A stretch of 64,000 nucleotides of DNA from an uncultured Fibrobacterota bacterium. Its GTDB lineage: Bacteria; Fibrobacterota; Chitinivibrionia; Chitinivibrionales; WJKA01. Positions 55,801-61,341 of the stretch are shown piece by piece. The notes under the pieces were generated by a model. That model saw only the letters and a program-made list of their open reading frames with translations. It searched no databases and was not told the origin of the DNA. The stretch covers positions 64,275 to 128,274 of the forward strand of contig CAZPUS010000003.1 of assembly GCA_964589825.1 (NCBI GenBank), written 5' to 3'. A program made the position numbers and the translations under genes. Each line of letters begins with the position of its first letter. The stretch's first letter is position 1.

Positions 55801-56062
55801 ATTCTCTTTTCCGGGAGGAGGATACACCGAATGGCAGGCCAAAATGCGTCACTTTTTTAACAGCCGTCTCCCGGCCTATACAATACCGCAACCGGATTCA
55901 AACAGGATTTCACCCGCATCGTCACAGCGCTATATATCCAGAACCACTCTCGTAGTAACGGGTCCTGACAACGATACGACTCGTGCCGACTTCATCTCCC
56001 TGTGGCACACAACCCCCGCAGGATGGAAGATTATCAAGGAAAAACGCCGCTTTGATCGATAG
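52808..56062 (+). CDS. Wzc-like polysaccharide co-polymerase / BY-tyrosine kinase with an extra C-terminal TM + NTF2-like extension
   Basis: 1084 aa. Disordered N-terminus, Wzz domain, long coiled coil and a second TM. Kinase motifs are Walker A SAVKGEGKTT, A' VIIVDGDLRRP and B VIFDSPA. Tyr cluster GYYPYYYGYYRYYSYKYAY (nt 55264-55323), followed by ~260 further residues including a TM (LFWILLVLFVGLAVASGLI). Confidence 0.85.
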   Translation: MSDKEKKPFRLGDILSRLKKDGSLDDVSEGATDNDEHRAETGHSGLFSSPGSMSALHNSPKDDSLPAQPVFGTPRARNEAQSVPRQEKNEPPSSFASSDDNNTSGNERASSGTVPPSPPPPPGGSGSDGGNYFQGGASFSENDDEEEFDIYRYLSVILRRKWLIAACAIIAGLYSLYNFSTAEKHYIARARLLFTPGYRQLINDDAMMWQLWGSREIRLNTHLELLKSNRQVLESVSDKLGENVSPTTIKAGITVHRGGGKDDDSENNIIVLTLQHNHPDTAQLILNTLCREYMRYISEVNARDLTSTIIKLQTQINKIKNDLSDKENKLRAFKENNELVELNSATNTIISKLSNMESNLQNTRIDLKSNRDKIKSVTQEMTQNDMKVVGNITYEDPYRNRLSELEFDLNNLLTEYSPDHYKVRMVKDKIEKMKEIIRSDIETKIARKKTYVNNPIQQTLRQQYIDLNLAITALESKRKAQEQIVEQLNRKLQSLPALQQEYARLQRNTSSLEKTLRKLQDKYETLKIKRDSQESDLKILELAKVPQTAYSDMSVSRIPLGIIIGLIIGIALAFVWEYLDQTIKDPQEVEKSTGLPLLGLIPYYENDESPILHGDLTKDKTKLEPYRALRTSLKHIFSTHHIQSLLVCSAVKGEGKTTIAINLAISFALDGRKVIIVDGDLRRPSLHGFFHIPSPSKGLTHCLQGSATIQDVITPTNIPNLYCVTAGERVADSAELLGSAHLSTLISSLKEHSQLVIFDSPALVPISDSITIAASMDATIYVLRALWTPRKATLQSRNQLSQVGSNIIGAVLNGLSPASGYYPYYYGYYRYYSYKYAYEEDEPAPRHSIRRFGLGLEKKAREGLHMLKLSLPSFFSRMGTFFSHLGRSTLFWILLVLFVGLAVASGLISSRRAHKQKTIKAADISYRGSVAQSAESVSGSSARSNTPHTPITIEKEQTSSYGVSSSDIEALHRAVQQRDSAFFSGDFSEYRRYYDRDEFSFPGGGYTEWQAKMRHFFNSRLPAYTIPQPDSNRISPASSQRYISRTTLVVTGPDNDTTRADFISLWHTTPAGWKIIKEKRRFDR

Positions 56063-56129
56063 ATCCGATTCGTCATCCGTGCGTTTTTTCATGCGAAAAC
56101 GTGTTACAAATGATATATTTACAGTACAA

Positions 56130-56287
56130 CCCTAACTGAGCAACTGCTTTGATGAAAGCTGCCATGAACCGTGCTGTCAGTGCATCCCTAATGATGGATC
56201 ACGCGTGATGGTTGGCTCACCGTTTCGGGGGGCGCACCGTCAGTGTACATGACATAAAACTTTGCGTACAGAAGCGCTCAGTTGGGG
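56130..56287 (+). repeat. Imperfect-palindrome intergenic element (158 nt) inside the envelope locus
   Basis: Termini ccctaactgagc... and ...gctcagttgggg pair over 12 positions (one G-T). Blocks ctttgatgaaagctgcc, atgaaccgtgctgtcagtgc and tggttggctca. Left arm ctgtcagtgcatccc faces right-arm ggggggcgcaccgtcag. Confidence 0.8.
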
Positions 56288-56394
56288 TACCGTTTACTCG
56301 ATATACACACGGCTATACCTGAGCAGGTTCTGCTGTCCTGCACCCGGCCCGTTTTTCGTACAACGTTTGCTGTGTACTATTCCGCAACCTTTTT

Positions 56395-58014
56395 TTGCCG
56401 GACACGCGCTATATGAACCGATACCTGCGCATTCTGAAAATTGTGATTTTTGCCGCTCTTACTGCCGGTGTACTGTGGAAAGCGATAGAGGTGGCAAACG
56501 GATTGTACCTGCATTCGGTAACCTCCCGTACTCAGGATAATACCGCTGCCGATACGATATATCATGAAGTAAAAATAGTGGGCCATGTTGCAAATCCCGG
56601 AATTTACAAGGTTCGCCACGGAATTTCTTACTTTGAACTGCTTAATAAAGCCGGTATAACGAACTCATCCGATATAAGCGACATTATGCTGGGCAACCGC
56701 ATAGAGTCCAACAGAATAATTCGGGTTGCGGAGACAGAGACACCGGTATCCGCAGCAGTAGCTAATCAAAAGGTACGTCTGGAATTTTTCTGGGGAAGCG
56801 TGGAGCTGGTATCCAGGGACGGCCGCAGCATGCAGCCTCAGCCCGGTACCGCCATCGAAGAGGGAACACGTATTATCACCGATGCAAACGCGCAGACAGA
56901 GATCTCCCTCAACGCGTATTCGCGCGTGGATATCGATGAATTGAGCGAAATAACGGTGGAGAAAATCGGTGAAGAAAAAGAGGGAAACGTTATCACCCGG
57001 CTTTTTCAGCGATCGGGGATGGGGTGGTTCGACATCTCGTACCGCAATGAAAAAGAACGTGTGAAGATAACGACCCGCTATGCCGATATTACCGTTGCCG
57101 AACAGGGAGCGAATTTTACTATCGATGCATCCTACGATAAAATTGTGGTGCATACTATCGACGGACTGCTTCTTGTGGAACGAAAGCGCACTGATGAAGC
57201 AATCAACCTCATATCGGGCCAGCAGGTTACGGTCTATTCGGATGACCGGCCCTTTCAGGTGCGCAGTTCCGCTGTGCAAAAGACACCGGAGGAGATATTC
57301 TCCCCCCTTACACGGAAAAAGACACAGTATTTTCTTAAAAGACGACCTTTTAATTTCATGTTTATCGGGATACCGCACACCTATTATCTCATAAGCGCCG
57401 ATTTCGATAGAAGACGAGCCACTGTGGTCCATGTTGCCCCGAACACATCGGTAGATCGTTTTGCACAGGGTGTTTCGACCGTGGATCAGGCACTGCTCAA
57501 GGCAGGTCCGGCGTTTGTAAACACCCTTATTGAAGAGATAATGAATGTCAGAATCCGCAATTATATCATGCTGAATCGACTCGACATTCTTCAGATTGCG
57601 GAGACACTCGGCTCAGTGCCGGTACGAGTGGATGCCAAAGCAGCGGGTGAGCTCAATATCCGCGCCGGGCGTCAAAAACTGACCTCTCAGCAGCTTTTCA
57701 GATTTCTCGAACCGGGTGTGTCAGGATGGCAGGGCTCGTACGAACGCCAGAAGCGTGTATTGCAGGCACTTTTTAACAGCCTCTCCACGCAGGAAATTGT
57801 GCTTCGCAGTGTTATTATCCGGCAACTGCTTGCAGAGACCGAATCGAACTTCAACTGGAAAGAAGTCGTTGACAAATATTCCAAATTCAAATCGCAGACC
57901 GGATGGAATTTTAAATACGAACAACTCCCCGTATCACACACCACCCGGGATAACCGTACCTATCTCATCCCCGACCTCAAAGATGCACGGAATCTGCTCA
58001 ACCCTGAAGGATGA
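56395..58014 (+). CDS. Membrane-anchored SLBB + FecR + divergent LytR/CpsA/Psr (LCP)-like protein
   Basis: 539 aa; the start may be at 56413. TM IVIFAALTAGVLW. SLBB IVGHVANPGIYKVRHGISYFELLNKAG. FecR-like GSVELVSRDGRSMQPQPGTAIEEGTRIITDANAQTEISL. The LCP-like order of blocks is present, but SIPRD is replaced by HVAPNT. Confidence 0.6.
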   Translation: MPDTRYMNRYLRILKIVIFAALTAGVLWKAIEVANGLYLHSVTSRTQDNTAADTIYHEVKIVGHVANPGIYKVRHGISYFELLNKAGITNSSDISDIMLGNRIESNRIIRVAETETPVSAAVANQKVRLEFFWGSVELVSRDGRSMQPQPGTAIEEGTRIITDANAQTEISLNAYSRVDIDELSEITVEKIGEEKEGNVITRLFQRSGMGWFDISYRNEKERVKITTRYADITVAEQGANFTIDASYDKIVVHTIDGLLLVERKRTDEAINLISGQQVTVYSDDRPFQVRSSAVQKTPEEIFSPLTRKKTQYFLKRRPFNFMFIGIPHTYYLISADFDRRRATVVHVAPNTSVDRFAQGVSTVDQALLKAGPAFVNTLIEEIMNVRIRNYIMLNRLDILQIAETLGSVPVRVDAKAAGELNIRAGRQKLTSQQLFRFLEPGVSGWQGSYERQKRVLQALFNSLSTQEIVLRSVIIRQLLAETESNFNWKEVVDKYSKFKSQTGWNFKYEQLPVSHTTRDNRTYLIPDLKDARNLLNPEG

Positions 58015-58020
58015 TTACTC

Positions 58021-58899
58021 ATGAGATCTATCGTTTTTGGCGCACACGGCCAGCTTGGCTACGATATGGTCGCCGCACTGCGTTCGATCTACCCGGATGT
58101 ACGCGCGTTTTCTCGCCCTGAGGCGGATATTACCGACCGCCACACCGTTGAAACACTCGTGCGGACCATACGTCCCGATGCAGTAATCAACTGCGCCGCC
58201 TATACAAATGTCGACAGGTGCGAAGAACAAAGCCAGACCGCCTACCTGGTCAACAGGGATGGGCCCGCACTTCTTGCCGATGTGTGCGACGCCGCTGGAT
58301 GCCTGCTTGTACACATAAGCACCGATTACGTATTTGACGGGAAAGCCGGCGTCCCCTACACCGAAGAAGATACGCCGGAGCCGCATACCGTGTACGGTAA
58401 ATCCAAACGAGAAGGCGAGCAGGCAATACAGCACAGATGCGTCGATCATGCAATATTTCGTGTCTGCTGGCTCTACGGTCCTCATGGCACAAAAAATTTT
58501 GTCAAGGCAATAGTGAAACAGATCGTCGAAAAAGGGGAAAAAAGACTTAGCGTAGTGAATGACCAGAAGGGAACCCCCACCTGTTCGATCGATGTGAGTG
58601 AACAGATCGTGGAATGCATACGCCACGGTGCACGAGGTATTTTTCACTGCAGTGCACAGGGAGAATGTACCTGGTACGAATTCGCTCGCCATATTGTTGA
58701 TAGATGCGGGCTGGAGGCAGAGATCGTACCGTATTCCAGTGCGGAGTTTGTACAGAAAGCACCACGTCCCGGTTACAGCGTGCTCGAAAACCGCAGGCTC
58801 GCCCAGGCGGGTATTGATCGAATGCCCCACTGGAAAGACGGATTCGGACGTTATATGTCCGTAAGCGGCGGTGTACAAAGTATTCTGCGCAACCATTAA
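58021..58899 (+). CDS. rfbD: dTDP-4-dehydrorhamnose reductase
   Basis: 292 aa. VFGAHGQLG, NCAAYTNVD, STDYVFDG and YGKSK (YxxxK). Confidence 0.88.
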   Translation: MRSIVFGAHGQLGYDMVAALRSIYPDVRAFSRPEADITDRHTVETLVRTIRPDAVINCAAYTNVDRCEEQSQTAYLVNRDGPALLADVCDAAGCLLVHISTDYVFDGKAGVPYTEEDTPEPHTVYGKSKREGEQAIQHRCVDHAIFRVCWLYGPHGTKNFVKAIVKQIVEKGEKRLSVVNDQKGTPTCSIDVSEQIVECIRHGARGIFHCSAQGECTWYEFARHIVDRCGLEAEIVPYSSAEFVQKAPRPGYSVLENRRLAQAGIDRMPHWKDGFGRYMSVSGGVQSILRNH

Positions 58900-58919
58900 C
58901 GCAATTCACCGGAACACCT

Positions 58920-60020
58920 ATGCCACCGAACAGCAAACAGAACAAAACACTGATCTGTCACCTCATGAATTTGCTGGGCTTTCCCGCCCGTTACTCTCTC
59001 GCACGAAGACGTGTGCAATCCGGCAACAGGAGCGAAAATATTTCGCTTCCCCTCGATCCAAAAAATGTGAACGATTACCTGCTCGTTCTGCCGGTTTCCC
59101 CGTTCGATGCCCTCTATCAAATCGCTATAATAGAATCGATACTTCATGCATTGTCGAAAAGGCGGTGTATCACCGTATGCTGCAGCGAGGTGGCCCAGTT
59201 TATCAGGCATATAAAAGGTATCAGTGAAATCGTTGAATACGACCCGGAGCAAATGCACGAATTTTCCCCCTATTATCATGAAATTTGCAAGAAACTTTCC
59301 GGGTTCGATTTCACCGTCGCATTTATGCTTGCTCACAATCCCAGCCTTGCATTGCTGAGTCTTACCGGTCACTGCAAGGCACGTTTTCGTGCGGGGTATG
59401 AAACGTCTCATGCCGAGCCGTTTCTCAACATTCGCATTGGCAGAGATCCCGGTAAAAAACGTATTGGGGAAAACAGCCGGATTCTTGTACCATTCGGATT
59501 CAAGCTACAAAAAGAAACTACCTGGAAAATACCCAGGGATACCGTCAATGAGGTGCGCCACCTTTTTTCCCAATATAACATTCCGCGCACCACGCGTCTC
59601 ATCGCGCTCGACTGCGCCTGCTGTGTGAAACATTTCGGCAGGTCATGGACCTCACAACTCATTTCGCATTTGTCGGGGACCTATGCCCAACGACTGTTTC
59701 TTGTTATTATGGACCGTGAGTTTTACGATTCGAATACCGACTGGCTGCACTCATTTCGTGTACCGATTATGGCTGACACCTCGGTCTCACGGATAGCAGC
59801 GGCGCTTTACCTCTCCGGCGTACTGATTTCAGGCAAATCGTCAATTTTTGAAATTGCCCATCTTCTGCATAAAAAAGCGATCGGTATATTCCACGAAAAA
59901 GAGCGTGACATATTTATCGATAATGCGTTTTATCAGAAGGCACTCACCTTTACCCGTGGAGATGAATGCATCGATTCTCTCAGGGAAGAGATAGAAAAAT
60001 TTGCATTCAGAACACGATAA
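58920..60020 (+). CDS. Glycosyltransferase family 9 (heptosyltransferase)-like protein
   Basis: 366 aa. GT9-like layout: YLLVLPVSPFDALYQIAIIESILHAL, FDFTVAFML...ARFRAGYE and a C-terminal VSRIAAALYLSGVLISGKSSIFEIAHLLHKKAIGIF. Judged by eye only. Confidence 0.5.
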   Translation: MPPNSKQNKTLICHLMNLLGFPARYSLARRRVQSGNRSENISLPLDPKNVNDYLLVLPVSPFDALYQIAIIESILHALSKRRCITVCCSEVAQFIRHIKGISEIVEYDPEQMHEFSPYYHEICKKLSGFDFTVAFMLAHNPSLALLSLTGHCKARFRAGYETSHAEPFLNIRIGRDPGKKRIGENSRILVPFGFKLQKETTWKIPRDTVNEVRHLFSQYNIPRTTRLIALDCACCVKHFGRSWTSQLISHLSGTYAQRLFLVIMDREFYDSNTDWLHSFRVPIMADTSVSRIAAALYLSGVLISGKSSIFEIAHLLHKKAIGIFHEKERDIFIDNAFYQKALTFTRGDECIDSLREEIEKFAFRTR

Positions 60021-60075
60021 TGCTATCATTTATATGTATTTTACCGAGAGACGACATTCACCACATCCGTGACAT

Positions 60076-61341
60076 ATGAAACAATTACTGATATACCTTT
60101 ACAAAACCATACAATTTCGACTGATTACCTGGAAAAACAAGGTTGAAATAAAAAAAGCCTATACCGGTAACCGTCGTCGTTTCGCGTATATCCGGCCCAT
60201 TTGCATGCTCGCCGCAGCATTGCTTGCCGGGATAGGCCTGGTGACCCTTGTCTCGATATTCGTCATTGCTCCGCTGGCATCGGCACTTACAAGCACTACA
60301 GAAAAAAGCCCCACTGCCGATTCCGCAAAAAACGGAAGTGCTTCGCGTTCATCGCAACGCGGTATCATTCACGACAAAGCGGTATCAAGAGTACTCTCTG
60401 AAAAAGTAACCGATTCGATCAAAGGAATTTACTCCGACAGGGGCCGAAGGGGTAATGCTCGCGCGGGGAATCTGACCTATGCGCCCCGGCGGGCAATCTA
60501 TGTGAACAAACGCCTCGGCAAATTGTTCTTACTGCGCTATACCGGCAGCGGATGGGAGACACAAATAACCTGGCCTGCGGCCACCGGAAGATCTCGGGGC
60601 GATAAAGTCAGAGAAGGAGACCAGAAAACACCCGAAGGAACCTATTTTATAATCGGCCGTCGCGAGGACCGCGAACTCTCTGCGATTTACGGACCCGCTG
60701 CCTTTATCCTGAATTATCCCAACAGAGAAGATATTATCAGGGCTAAAACCGGAAACGGTATCTGGATCCACGGAACCGCTCCCGACTCGAGCCCTGTAAA
60801 TACCCGCGGTTGTATAGAGCTTGACAACAACGATCTACGCCAGCTCGCCGACACGCTGGGACTCGGAATCGGTACCCCGGTCATTATAAGAGAAGGCGAG
60901 ACCAGCGGCTCTTCTCTTTCCATACCGTCATACGACATTCTCAGCATTAAACGCGGTTACAGAATTTCTATTTATAAAACTACACAGCGCTATTTTGAGA
61001 ACAAGCTTGCTATGTGGACCGATGCGTGGGAAGCCCAGAATATCGATCTCTACAGTCAGTTCTACGACACCTCCGATTTCCGCGGCGGCGGGCTTGACTG
61101 GAAACGCTGGCGGGACAAAAAAATACGTACGTTTCAAATCTATTCTCACATAACCGTCGATCTTTCGCACATAAGAGTCACTGAATTCTCGAATGATCGT
61201 GTCGTATTGAAATTCATTCAGGACTATTCGTCCGAGTCCTTCAATGCGTATGGCGGAAAAAAAATGGTTTTTCGCAAAAAAAACGATACCTGGAAGATAT
61301 TCAGAGAGAATGTCTTTCCCCGAGAGGAGTTGGTATTATGA
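60076..61341 (+). CDS. L,D-transpeptidase (YkuD) with C-terminal NTF2-like domain
   Basis: 421 aa with an N-terminal TM. Catalytic region GDQKTPEGTYFI...GIWIHGT...NTRGCIELDNNDL (His/Cys). The C-terminal domain resembles the C-terminus of the Wzc-like protein. Confidence 0.85.
   Translation: MKQLLIYLYKTIQFRLITWKNKVEIKKAYTGNRRRFAYIRPICMLAAALLAGIGLVTLVSIFVIAPLASALTSTTEKSPTADSAKNGSASRSSQRGIIHDKAVSRVLSEKVTDSIKGIYSDRGRRGNARAGNLTYAPRRAIYVNKRLGKLFLLRYTGSGWETQITWPAATGRSRGDKVREGDQKTPEGTYFIIGRREDRELSAIYGPAAFILNYPNREDIIRAKTGNGIWIHGTAPDSSPVNTRGCIELDNNDLRQLADTLGLGIGTPVIIREGETSGSSLSIPSYDILSIKRGYRISIYKTTQRYFENKLAMWTDAWEAQNIDLYSQFYDTSDFRGGGLDWKRWRDKKIRTFQIYSHITVDLSHIRVTEFSNDRVVLKFIQDYSSESFNAYGGKKMVFRKKNDTWKIFRENVFPREELVL

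Noticed and set aside
56274-56290. gcgctcagttggggtacc resembles a tRNA D-arm (GCTCAGTTGGTAGAGC)
   Set aside because: There is no closing D-stem, anticodon arm or T-arm. The match is the right terminal inverted repeat of the palindromic element.
58015-58896. 293-aa minus-strand ORF mirroring rfbD almost end to end
   Set aside because: RfbD on the + strand has the Rossmann GxxGxxG and YxxxK motifs. The antisense product has none. A mirror ORF can arise when the sense frame avoids the codons complementary to stops.
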